Source: a virus
Taxonomy: Duplodnaviria > Caudoviricetes
Reading direction: 5' to 3' (one strand)
DNA length: 64,000 nt
IMG/VR virus record: IMGVR_UViG_3300020420_000671
Every line of letters starts with the position of its first letter. Position 1 is the first letter of the stretch. Shown here piece by piece: positions 1-9,400 of this stretch. Under the pieces are notes generated by a model. The model saw only the letters and a program-made list of their open reading frames with translations. It ran no database searches and was not told where the DNA came from. The position numbers and the translations under genes are program-made.

Positions 1-1
1 G

Positions 2-472
2 ATGGCTGATAAAGGTGGCGAAGACGACATGGATGACATGGACGACGATGCCGCTGATATGGATATGGGTGATGAAGAGAAGGAAGATGAAGCAGTAATG
101 CCAACTTCCGAACTTGGCGGTGAAGAACTTCCAGTAGAAGACATGGAGCCAGCATTTGAAGGCAAAAAGTCCCAAACTGAAGTTATGCGTGAGTATGTAA
201 ACAAAGTTGCTACACCAAAAGGTGAAGACAACAAAGCTAAAAGCCCAGTAGCAGGTGCTAACAATATGGGTGGAACAGCTAGTAACATAGCACAAGGCGG
301 CGAAGGCGATACAAAAGGTTCAGCACAAACTCCAAAAGAAGATAATATGGGGAATGTAAATGTACCTGGTAACGCTAAAGCACCAGCATACAACAAAGCC
401 AATGGCCACGGAGCTGAAAAGAAAGGCTCAGGCGAAACAGGTGCCGATACTAAATCACCTATCGGTAGCTAA
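2..472 (+). CDS. Acidic low-complexity head-associated protein (5'-truncated), probable prohead core/internal protein
   Basis: D/E-rich N-terminal part, K/G-rich C-terminal part; directly upstream of the gp21-gp22-gp23 block, where T4 has gp67/gp68. Function inferred from position only. Confidence 0.5.
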   Translation: MADKGGEDDMDDMDDDAADMDMGDEEKEDEAVMPTSELGGEELPVEDMEPAFEGKKSQTEVMREYVNKVATPKGEDNKAKSPVAGANNMGGTASNIAQGGEGDTKGSAQTPKEDNMGNVNVPGNAKAPAYNKANGHGAEKKGSGETGADTKSPIGS

Positions 473-490
473 TTGAGGACTAAAGGTTAG

Positions 491-1126
491 ATGTTAACTT
501 TAACTGAAACACTATCATTCGACCAAGCAAAAATGGTCGTGGAGCATGCCGAAAATGAGTCAGGTGGTAAGGACTTGTACTTAAAAGGTATATGCATCCA
601 AGGTGGTGTACGTAATGCTAATCAAAGAGTATATCCTGTTAATGAAATCGGTAGAGCTGTCAACACGCTCAACGATCAGATTAAAGGCGGATATAGTGTA
701 CTTGGTGAAGTAGATCATCCAGAAGGACTCAACATTAACCTGGATCGTGTATCACACATGATAACTGAAATGTGGATGGACGGACCAAATGGTTACGGAA
801 AACTTAAAGTCATTCCAACCCCGATGGGACAACTAATTTCAACAATGATTAATAACGGCGTTAAAATTGGTGTTTCATCTAGGGGTTCTGGGAATGTAAA
901 AGAAGACGGAAGCGGAGAAGTCAGCGAGTTTGAAATTATAACTGTTGACTGTGTCGCACAACCAAGTGCTCCGGGAGCTTATCCAACTCCCATTTATGAG
1001 CATTTGATGAATACAAAACATGGCTACAAGGCATTCAATTTGGCTCGCGAATTAAAAAGCGATGAAAAGGCACAAAAGTATCTAAAGGACTCATTGGTAA
1101 ATATTATCAGTGGGCTCAGAAATTAG
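491..1126 (+). CDS. gp21: Prohead core protease (T4 gp21-like)
   Basis: Motifs N.N.RVYP, LGEVDHP, GVSSRGSG, DCVAQPSAPGA; sits before scaffold and capsid genes. Confidence 0.95.
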   Translation: MLTLTETLSFDQAKMVVEHAENESGGKDLYLKGICIQGGVRNANQRVYPVNEIGRAVNTLNDQIKGGYSVLGEVDHPEGLNINLDRVSHMITEMWMDGPNGYGKLKVIPTPMGQLISTMINNGVKIGVSSRGSGNVKEDGSGEVSEFEIITVDCVAQPSAPGAYPTPIYEHLMNTKHGYKAFNLARELKSDEKAQKYLKDSLVNIISGLRN

Positions 1127-1136
1127 GAGAAACAAA

Positions 1137-2237
1137 ATGTTAGATGCACTGAAAAATCTCTTCGAAAACAACGCAATTTCAGAAGAAATCAGAGCAGAAA
1201 TCGAACAGGCTTGGAACGATAAGGTAAATGAAAACCGCTTACAGGCTACAGCAGAACTTCGCGAAGAGTTTGCTCAGAAGTATGAGCACGACAAGCAAAC
1301 AATGGTGGAAGCTATTGATAAAATGCTTGAAGACAGACTAGGCGCGGAGATTACTGAGTTTGCGGACGATCGTCAAAAACTAGCTGAAGCAAGAGCAAAG
1401 TATGCGGTAGCGATGCGTGAAAACGCAGATCTATTAAAGACTTTTGTTGTTAATCAACTAGGTAAAGAAGTAGGCGAATTGCACGAAGACCAGAAGGCTA
1501 TGGCAGGTAAGTTCCAAAAACTTGAGGATTTCGTTGTTGATTCTTTATCAAAAGAAATCGCAGAGTTCTACGAAGACAAAAAAGACTTGGCAGAAACAAA
1601 AGTACGTTTAGTACGTGAAGCCAAATCCCATCTAGCTAAAGTTAAAGGCAAATTCATCAAGGATGCGACTACAGTTGTAGCAGAAACAGTTGAAAAAGGT
1701 CTCAAGAAAGAGATTGGACAACTTAAAGAAGATATCGATTCAGCTCGTAAAAATGACTTTGGTAGAAAGATTTTCGAATCTTTTGCTAATGAATATGCGA
1801 ACAGTTATCTAAATGAGAAGTCAGAGACTGCTAAACTACTTAAAGTTGTTGACTTGAAGGACAAGCAATTAGCAGAAGCTAAAGTACAAGCTAGTGAGCA
1901 AAAAGCACTAGTTGAGTCTAAAGAGCAAGAAATTGCTAAAGTTACTGATTCAGCTAAGAGAGCTTCAACCATTAGCGAACTTACTGCTCCTTTAAACAAG
2001 AAGCAAAAAGCAATTATGACAGATTTGCTGGAATCTGTACAGACGGACAGACTGAAGTCACAGTTTGACAAGTACATACCGAGCGTAATAGCAGGTGACA
2101 CACCAGCGAAGGACACCAAGGCGACGTTAACAGAAGGCACAGAAGTTACAGGCAATAAACAAAATAATGACATAGATGCAGGTTCGTCTAACACAGATAA
2201 TGTGATAGACATTAGAAGACTTGCAGGATTAAACTAA
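1137..2237 (+). CDS. gp22: Prohead core scaffolding protein (T4 gp22-like)
   Basis: Long charged coiled-coil between protease and capsid genes. ATG 1137 follows AGGAG and is in frame with the 1110 ORF. Confidence 0.85.
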   Translation: MLDALKNLFENNAISEEIRAEIEQAWNDKVNENRLQATAELREEFAQKYEHDKQTMVEAIDKMLEDRLGAEITEFADDRQKLAEARAKYAVAMRENADLLKTFVVNQLGKEVGELHEDQKAMAGKFQKLEDFVVDSLSKEIAEFYEDKKDLAETKVRLVREAKSHLAKVKGKFIKDATTVVAETVEKGLKKEIGQLKEDIDSARKNDFGRKIFESFANEYANSYLNEKSETAKLLKVVDLKDKQLAEAKVQASEQKALVESKEQEIAKVTDSAKRASTISELTAPLNKKQKAIMTDLLESVQTDRLKSQFDKYIPSVIAGDTPAKDTKATLTEGTEVTGNKQNNDIDAGSSNTDNVIDIRRLAGLN

Positions 2238-2247
2238 GGAGAAAAAC

Positions 2248-3435
2248 ATGTCAGAACTACTAGAAAGTCGCTGGCAGGATACGAAAACTGCACTTCTAGA
2301 AGGCCTCGAAGGCAATAAAAAGTCAGTTATGGGTGTTACATTAGAAAACACTCGTAAGTACTTGGCTGAGGCCGCAACAGCAGGTGCATCTAGTGCAGGC
2401 AACGTTGCTACACTAAACAGAGTGATCCTTCCAGTAATAAGAAGGGTTATGCCTACGGTTATCGCTAACGAATTAGTTGGTGTACAACCTATGACAGGCC
2501 CTGTGGGACAAATCCACACACTAAGAGTAAGATATGCTGACAGTATGGCATCATCTGCAACAGCTACTACAGCAGGCGAAGAGGCATTAAGCCCATTCAA
2601 AATTGCTGAGGGCTATTCAGGTGCTGGCGATGCGGCTACTTACAACGACAAAACAGCTAACACAACAGCTTCTTTAGAAGGTGTAGCTGGTAAGAGATTG
2701 TCAATCCAGATCTTAAAGCAAACAGTCGAAGCAAAAACCAGAAAGCTATCAGCTAGATGGACTTTTGAAGCGGCTCAAGATGCTCAAGCACAACAAGGTA
2801 TTGATATTGAAGCAGAAATTATGGCGGCATTGGCGCAAGAAATTACTGCTGAAATTGATCAAGAGATTCTTTCATCTCTACGTACTTTGGCTGGAACAGT
2901 CGAAACTTACGATCAGGCGGCTGTAAGTGGTACAGCAACTTTTGTTGGTGACGAACATGCGGCATTAGCTGTTCAAATCAACAGAGTGGCAAACTTAATT
3001 GCGGCTAGAACAAGACGTGGTGCTGGTAACTACGCAGTGGTATCACCATTTGCGTTAACATTACTACAGTCTGCTACAACTTCAGCGTTCGCAAGAACAA
3101 CTGAAGGTACTTTCGAAGCTCCAACTAACACTAAAATGGTTGGAACACTTAACGGTGCGATGAAAGTATACGTAGACGCTTATGCGGCGGATAGTACAGA
3201 AGTATTGATTGGATACAAAGGTTCAAGTGAATCTGATGCTCCAGCATTCTACTGTCCATACATTCCGTTAATGTCAAGTGGCGTTGTATTAGATCCAAGC
3301 ACATTTGAGCCAGTAGTGTCATTTATGACAAGATATGGTTACATTGAGCTATCTAATGTGGCATCATCACTTGGTAACGCGGCTGATTACCTTGGCGCAG
3401 TAGCAATTACTAACGGCAACGTATCATTTAGCTAA
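2248..3435 (+). CDS. gp23: Major capsid protein (T4 gp23-like)
   Basis: LVGVQPMTGPVGQI, KTRKLSARWT.E.AQD, EI.AEID.EI, FYCPYIPL, F.P...FMTRYG; SD AAGGAG; followed by a terminator. Confidence 0.97.
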   Translation: MSELLESRWQDTKTALLEGLEGNKKSVMGVTLENTRKYLAEAATAGASSAGNVATLNRVILPVIRRVMPTVIANELVGVQPMTGPVGQIHTLRVRYADSMASSATATTAGEEALSPFKIAEGYSGAGDAATYNDKTANTTASLEGVAGKRLSIQILKQTVEAKTRKLSARWTFEAAQDAQAQQGIDIEAEIMAALAQEITAEIDQEILSSLRTLAGTVETYDQAAVSGTATFVGDEHAALAVQINRVANLIAARTRRGAGNYAVVSPFALTLLQSATTSAFARTTEGTFEAPTNTKMVGTLNGAMKVYVDAYAADSTEVLIGYKGSSESDAPAFYCPYIPLMSSGVVLDPSTFEPVVSFMTRYGYIELSNVASSLGNAADYLGAVAITNGNVSFS

Positions 3436-3456
3436 TACCTAAACGACGACAAATTT

Positions 3457-3485
3457 AAAAAGGGCGACTTGTTCGCCCTTTTTTT
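3457..3485 (+). terminator. Rho-independent terminator after the capsid gene
   Basis: AAAAAGGGCGA-CTTGT-TCGCCCTTTTTTT: GC stem plus U tract; the flanking A tract makes it potentially bidirectional. Confidence 0.9.
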
Positions 3486-3518
3486 ATGGATTTTGGTAAA
3501 CAAAATACAAAAAAAGTG

Positions 3519-3547
3519 TTGACAAATGCTTTTTTCTCTGTTATATT
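3519..3547 (+). promoter_or_regulatory. Sigma70-type promoter (extended -10)
   Basis: TTGACA (3519-3524), 17-nt spacer, TG-n-TATATT (3542-3547), A-rich UP-like tract upstream. Confidence 0.85.
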
Positions 3548-3553
3548 GTTTAC

Positions 3554-3808
3554 ATAAGCTAAAAACTTGTAGCTAGAGTTTTTAAATAGTGCAAGGAAGA
3601 GGCGTTTACCAGAGCGTCGAACTTGGCTGTTTAGGGGTGGTACCCAGGCTTGGTAGTAGAAATACGCTGAGTCACATCGCTCTACCGAGCGGAAACAGGC
3701 TCCCTGGTTATCAGAATGGCATCTGTGGCGAGGGGTTGTAGGTATAACCGAGTCCTACCTATTATTGCTTATTTTAAAAGGTGTGCAAGGAAACTTGTAT
3801 ACCTTTTT
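3554..3808 (+). ncRNA. Candidate structured non-coding RNA (~255 nt), family not recognised
   Basis: Lies between a sigma70 promoter and a terminator; no ORF of 60 aa or more on + in the track; GC-rich relative to flanks; several complementary helices (e.g. 3648-3656/3682-3690, 3627-3632/3693-3698, 3738-3742/3754-3758). Confidence 0.6.
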
Positions 3809-3815
3809 CCTTTTC
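3776..3815 (+). terminator. Terminator hairpin closing the candidate ncRNA unit
   Basis: AAAAGGTGTGCAAG-GAAA-CTTGTATACCTTTT: 14 bp with G-U pairs, GAAA tetraloop, then a T-rich tail. Confidence 0.75.
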
Positions 3816-3816
3816 T

Positions 3817-3912
3817 GATAAATACAATGTCTAAGAGAGAACCTCTGAGATGAGGACTTATGCTGTTTAACCCACAGCGTAGACCTAGAACGTCTAACAT
3901 AAGGAGAAAAAA
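3817..3912 (+). promoter_or_regulatory. Late-promoter box followed by a structured 5' leader
   Basis: GATAAATA at 3817-3824; hairpins 3842-3855, 3859-3881, 3881-3895; SD AAGGAG before ATG 3913. Confidence 0.6.
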
Positions 3913-4530
3913 ATGGGAAGACCTATTAATAAAAAACACATTGGTGATGGAGCAGGTAAAATCCAAGTAACTGCGGTTAAATTCGCATCTGGTGGAGAAG
4001 TTACTACTGAGTCACATATTGTGTCACAAAGATCAACAAGAAAATTCATCGTAACTGATGGAAGTAAAACAGAAACTTGTACACTTGTAAACAAGTCAAT
4101 CGGTGGCTTAGGTGCTAGTGAATTCTGCATCAACGTAACTGACAGTGACGGTGTTACAAAACAAGTAACCAAGTTAATGAACAGAAAAATGCAACTTGAA
4201 GGTGCTTCTAACCATAAATGGGCTAGATCATCAACAGGTACATCTGAAGCGATTGAAAAAGCGATTACTGGAGCAACAGCGGCAAATCCATGTGTTATTA
4301 CATCAAATGGACACGGCTTTGTTAACGGAGATAAAATATCTATCCGTGGCGTAGTTGGAATGGTTGAGCTAAACACTGAAACTGCTTACACAGTGGCAGG
4401 AAAAACAGCTAACACATTTCAGTTATCAGGTGTAAACAGTGGCGGCTTTACTGGTTATACATCAGGCGGTATTGCAACTAAGGCGGCGGCTGAAAGCGGC
4501 GGCATTGTAGTTGACGCACAGGCATCGTAA
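3913..4530 (+). CDS. Virion structural protein with a C-terminal small beta domain
   Basis: C-terminal ITGATAANPCVITSNGHGF.NGD.I.I.G..GM..LN...YTV...T..TF.L resembles the E1-FCCH-like domain seen in phage structural proteins; late-promoter box upstream. Confidence 0.55.
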   Translation: MGRPINKKHIGDGAGKIQVTAVKFASGGEVTTESHIVSQRSTRKFIVTDGSKTETCTLVNKSIGGLGASEFCINVTDSDGVTKQVTKLMNRKMQLEGASNHKWARSSTGTSEAIEKAITGATAANPCVITSNGHGFVNGDKISIRGVVGMVELNTETAYTVAGKTANTFQLSGVNSGGFTGYTSGGIATKAAAESGGIVVDAQAS

Positions 4531-4543
4531 GATAAGATATAAA

Positions 4544-4570
4544 TGTTGTGGGGGCAAGTTCCCCACAGCA
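4544..4570 (+). other. Intergenic stem-loop
   Basis: TGTTGTGGGG-GCAAGTT-CCCCACAGCA, 10-bp stem with no U tract; preceded by ATATAAAT. Possibly an mRNA-stabilising or processing hairpin. Confidence 0.55.
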
Positions 4571-4586
4571 ATTTAAGGAATTGTAA

Positions 4587-5537
4587 ATGTCAAAGAATTT
4601 AAATGTAAACAGCGGTAATTATACCATAAGAGTGGCAGATGGTAACACTATTACATTGGATACCGGAGCAACTGGTACTACTACGTTAACCGGCAACTTG
4701 ACTGTTTCTGGAACAACTACAACAGTAAATTCTTCTAATTTAAATTTAAAAGATAATATCATAAAAATTAATGATGGTGAAACAGGTAGCGGCATTACAT
4801 TAAACACAGCTGGATTACAATTTGATAGAGGGTCACAACAAGATGCGTTGTTCTTATTTGATGAGCAAACATCACATAACGATCCTGTAACACAAACTGT
4901 AAGAGCAGGTACTTTTACGTTTAAAGATAATTCAGGTGCTATAAGAGGAATACTAACAAATAGTATATCAACAGGCGGTGGAGATTTGTATCTCATAAAC
5001 AGCGGTACTGGAGTGATTAATGTTAGTGGAACAAACAATTATGAAACACAAGTTACAGCAGATGATGATATTCCAAACAAAAAATATGTTGACGATGCTA
5101 TAACAACAGGTATTCAAACTATTCAGATTACTTCTGTTGCTAGAGGAAACACAGCAGTTAACCTTTTTGATGATAGTTTAGATGCCAGCATAAGTGCTAT
5201 TAGATTTACTGTTGACGGAAATGAAAGAGTTTTAATTAAAAATAGTTCAACTGAAATTGAAAGCATCAGTTTTCAAGATAATTTAATTACAACAACATCC
5301 AGTGGAGCAGATTTAACTCTAAGCAGTAATGGTAGTCCTTTTGTAAAAATAGACGGATTACTTAGATTACCCTTACAAGATGATAGTTCAACAGTAACTT
5401 ATTCACCCACACACGTTGCTGTATATGCCAAAGATCCTGATAAAGGAAAAACAGGAGTGTGGTACAAGAATAAGTATGATCATGAAGATGAATTGATAAG
5501 TACTAATAGATCATTGCTTTATAGTATGTTATTTTAA
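4587..5537 (+). CDS. Tail-fibre/baseplate-type structural protein
   Basis: T/G/N/S-rich fibre-like repeats (LTGNLTVSGTTTTVNS, IPNKKYVD); hydrophobic C-terminal helix. Confidence 0.6.
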   Translation: MSKNLNVNSGNYTIRVADGNTITLDTGATGTTTLTGNLTVSGTTTTVNSSNLNLKDNIIKINDGETGSGITLNTAGLQFDRGSQQDALFLFDEQTSHNDPVTQTVRAGTFTFKDNSGAIRGILTNSISTGGGDLYLINSGTGVINVSGTNNYETQVTADDDIPNKKYVDDAITTGIQTIQITSVARGNTAVNLFDDSLDASISAIRFTVDGNERVLIKNSSTEIESISFQDNLITTTSSGADLTLSSNGSPFVKIDGLLRLPLQDDSSTVTYSPTHVAVYAKDPDKGKTGVWYKNKYDHEDELISTNRSLLYSMLF

Positions 5538-5546
5538 GGAAAGAAT

Positions 5547-5891
5547 ATGGCGATTGTAAATAAACAAATAGGTTTAACAGATACAATAATTCATACGGTG
5601 CCAGCAGGAAGTAGACACGCAATTACTACTTTGCTTATCTGTAATAAGGCGGCAGTAGATACAGGAGGTAGTAATGATACTTCTGTGGACTTACACCTTA
5701 TTCCAAATGGACAAGCGAAGGGTAATGCTGATCCAAACGCAAACCAAATTTTAAATGATTTGGTGATAGCAGGAGCAGATACGTTTACTTTTGACACTGA
5801 AAAGATTGTACTTGAAGGAGGAGATAAAATTGTGGCTGTTAGTCAATCTCCTGCGAATCTAATTGCGACAGTAAGTTATTTGGAAGTATAA
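5547..5891 (+). CDS. Small beta-rich structural protein (~110-aa family, copy 1)
   Basis: Similar pattern to 13548-13877 and 24753-25079 (.TvP...T.....cN ... K.V...). Confidence 0.55.
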   Translation: MAIVNKQIGLTDTIIHTVPAGSRHAITTLLICNKAAVDTGGSNDTSVDLHLIPNGQAKGNADPNANQILNDLVIAGADTFTFDTEKIVLEGGDKIVAVSQSPANLIATVSYLEV

Positions 5892-6409
5892 TGAGATTTA
5901 TTAAAGCACAAAGAACATCTCGAGGAATCAATGCCGACACCAAAGGCTTGAATATAGATGCTTTGGGACTGGCAACAATTAATACTGATAAAGCAGTAAT
6001 ACCACCAAAAGGTGATCAAAATGCTAGACCTTTTACTCCTGTAGAAGGAATGTTGAGATATAATACTGATGTTACAAACTTTGAAGTGTATCAAAATAGT
6101 GCTTGGAAACCAATAAGATTTAAAGAACCTATTACAATCACACAACAAAACTTAGGCAACGGTAATGGAACAGAAACAACATTTGGACCTTTAAATAGTG
6201 GAGATAGTTTTTATCCAGTGCCTATTTCAGAAAACAATATATTAGTAACTATTGAAAACGTTTTTCAGTTAGCAACAACTAACTATACGTTAGTACAAAA
6301 TCCTTCCTCAGGACCAGGCGCACCCTATGCCGCAGGTTGGTATCTTGTGTTTGGCACTCCTGTACCGTCAGGTAAGCCCGTACAAGTGCTACATAACTTC
6401 GACAAGTAA
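5891..6409 (+). CDS. Structural protein with fibre motif P.G...RP..G.LRYNT
   Basis: Motif is shared with 6446, 9814 and 25095; overlaps the upstream stop (TAATG). Confidence 0.55.
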   Translation: MRFIKAQRTSRGINADTKGLNIDALGLATINTDKAVIPPKGDQNARPFTPVEGMLRYNTDVTNFEVYQNSAWKPIRFKEPITITQQNLGNGNGTETTFGPLNSGDSFYPVPISENNILVTIENVFQLATTNYTLVQNPSSGPGAPYAAGWYLVFGTPVPSGKPVQVLHNFDK

Positions 6410-6445
6410 TACAATAAATACAGTTGTTAAATCGAGGGAAATAAT

Positions 6446-9400
6446 ATGGTACAAGTAGCCCGTATAGCTGGTCAGCTTTTACAAGACAACTTACAACGTG
6501 AACTTGCCGACTTGGCATTTGATACGGATCTATTGGTTGTAAAAAGAGATAATACTTTAGGTATTAACACAACCACAACTCCAAGAAATTTAACAATAAA
6601 CGGTACAATGAGAGCCGCATCTGGTAGCTCAGATCCAGATGTAATATTCGGCAACAGTTTTTCCGTTGGTAATCTAACAGTGGCAACTACAGGAATATCA
6701 ACACCAAGTGGTGATGTCAGTATATTGTCAACACATCCTCAAGGATATATTAAAACTAACGGAATAGGCAGTAATAATTTTGCTGTAAGAGATGATGGAA
6801 TAAAAGCATTACAAACTAACGGTAGTGTAGGAATACGTTCAGAAGTATATGACGGACAAACAGCCGCATGGAATTCAAATGGCAACTATGGAAATTACTG
6901 GTATCCCGGACCAATTAATTCGGCTAGTTCTCCACCAAATGATGGAACTAGATTATATGACATAGCTGAATCAATCAGACTAAGAGGCTCGCCTTTTACA
7001 GCACAAGAATTAGAAGTATTTGATTGGGACGATGACGGAAATATTTTGGCTGACGATGTATTAAAAACAGGTACATTGAATACTGCTTACGGCAGTGGCA
7101 CAGCTTTTCCAGCTTCTAGAACTTTAGGAGATCATCCTAGACCAGACAAATTAAAAGCATACATAGAATCAGTATTACCAAGGAGTGCTCCTAAAAAATT
7201 ACAGCTAGACACAGGTAGCACACTGACAGTAACTGGAAATGTACACGCTACAGGAAATATAACTTACGGAGGTACTTCATTAACTATAGGAGATGACTCC
7301 ACAGACACTGCACAATTTTTTAGTGATTTTCATAACGACATAGTACCAGATCAAGATAATGTTTTCCATATAGGAAAAGATGATGACAGTACTGGTGGAG
7401 CAAAAAGATTTAGAATTAATGTTAATACGTTGGTTGCTGACACAGTACAAGCGAACGGATTGATTTATCAAGGAATTGAAGTTTCAAAAGATGTAGGAAT
7501 TATATTTGTATCAAATGGAAATGGTAAAGATACTAATGAAGGAAATAATCCAGGCGGACCTTTTGCTACAATTACAAAAGCATTAAGCGTAGCAAATGAA
7601 AATTCAATAATTTATATCTATCCAGGAACGTATCAAGAAGCGTTTCCTATGACGGTTCCAAGAGGTGTAACTATCCAGGGAGACAATATTAAAAATGTAG
7701 AAATTGTACCTACATCAGCTACCCAAAGCAATGATTGTTTTAAATTGAATCCGGATGCTACTGTAGAAAATTTAACTATTAAGGATTTTTATTATGATTC
7801 AGGCAACGACAAAGGGTATGCTTTTAGATTAGTTGACAATTATAATATAGGAATAATAAATCAAGAAATAGGAAGATCCCCTTACGTAAGAAACTGTACT
7901 GTAATTACAAAGGGTACTACAACATCAGCAAGTGATCCAAGAGGATATGCGTCAGCAGACGCCGGAAGAGGAGCTTTGATTGATGGTTCTGTAGCCCTAC
8001 AGAACAGTAGATCAGCAAGTGTATTATTCCACGCTGTGACTTTTATTACGCCAGGGGTTACAGGACTTGTAGCTAAGAGTGGAGTAAGAGTTGAATGGCT
8101 GAATAGTTTTACATATTTTGCTGAGACAGGAATAAAGTTAGAACAAGGATCAGGAAGAACAGCACCTGATGGTAGTACAGTATATGGTTGTGAACTCAGA
8201 AGTATAGCTAGTGCTAACGTATATGGTAACAAAGGTTTGGTTGCTGATGGAGCAAATAATTTAGCTTACCTCATTAACCATAATTTTGCTTATATAGGCG
8301 CAGGTAAAAATGTTACCAATGACAATACACTTACTATCCAAGCTAATGAAGTAGTTACTACAAATAATGCTAAAGCATATTACACAACACAGGATCAAAG
8401 AGGAAACTACAGAGTAGGAAATAATTTTTTAGTAGATTTAGAAAATGGTAGAACAAGTTTTGATATTGAAAGTATTTTTGCTAGTAACTCTACAGTAAGA
8501 ATAAAAGATGATAACGGAACAGTTACATTATCACCAGGCCAGATAGCTATGGATAATATCTATATCCAAGGAAACACTATTGAAGCAACAAGATCAGCAT
8601 TAGATTTTAATAGTGCTGGCACAATACAGTTCCAAGATAATGTTACTATGCCAAGTGCTACTATGACTGGTAACTTTACCATAGGTGGATCTCTAAACAC
8701 AATTGGTAATTCTCCAACAGACACGGTTGATTTTAACACACCTATTAGTCAAGCATTTGTTCCTGGAGATACAGAAGGACAAAAGTTAGGAACACCTACA
8801 AACAGATGGGCTGAATTAAATTCTGTATCTGCTAACATAAACACAATTAGAATTCAGACAGGACAAATTGGAACTAATGAAACTAATGCTGATTTAAATT
8901 TACAAAGCACAGGTACAGGAAAAATAAAATTTGACAATGTAAGATTCAAGAGCAACATAGTTGATTCAAGCACAGGTGATCTTGTAATAAAACCAACTAC
9001 TGAATTAAAAATTGATGCTACAGGCGAACTAAGATTACCAAAAGGAGAAACAGCTCAACGTCCTTCCACGCAAGGTGGTATAAGATTTAACACAAATTAC
9101 AACGGCTTTGAAGGAACTTCAGTAAGCGGATCTGTTAGCTTACAAGGTATATATGATTCAGACAGAGATACCTATTTAGATTTGTCAAATAATCAGTTCA
9201 ATTTTGTTACAGCAGGACAAACTAATCACACCCTAAATGGTACATTGTTAGAAAGCACAGGATTCAGTTCAGATCATAAACTATCTATAGATGGAAATGT
9301 TGTGTCTACTGACCAGCAAGACGGAACATTTCAGCTTAAATCTAACGGTACAGGAAAAACTGTAATAGGAGATTTACAGTTCCAAGAAAGCAATCTATTC

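Noticed and set aside
3554-3808. tRNA, tmRNA, RNase P or 6S identity for the structured RNA
   Set aside because: No cloverleaf or CCA end, no tmRNA termini, no RNase P P4 motifs, and it is branched rather than rod-like.
3841-3860. CTGAGATGAG as a hammerhead ribozyme core
   Set aside because: Does not match CUGANGA and there is no correctly placed GAAA partner strand.
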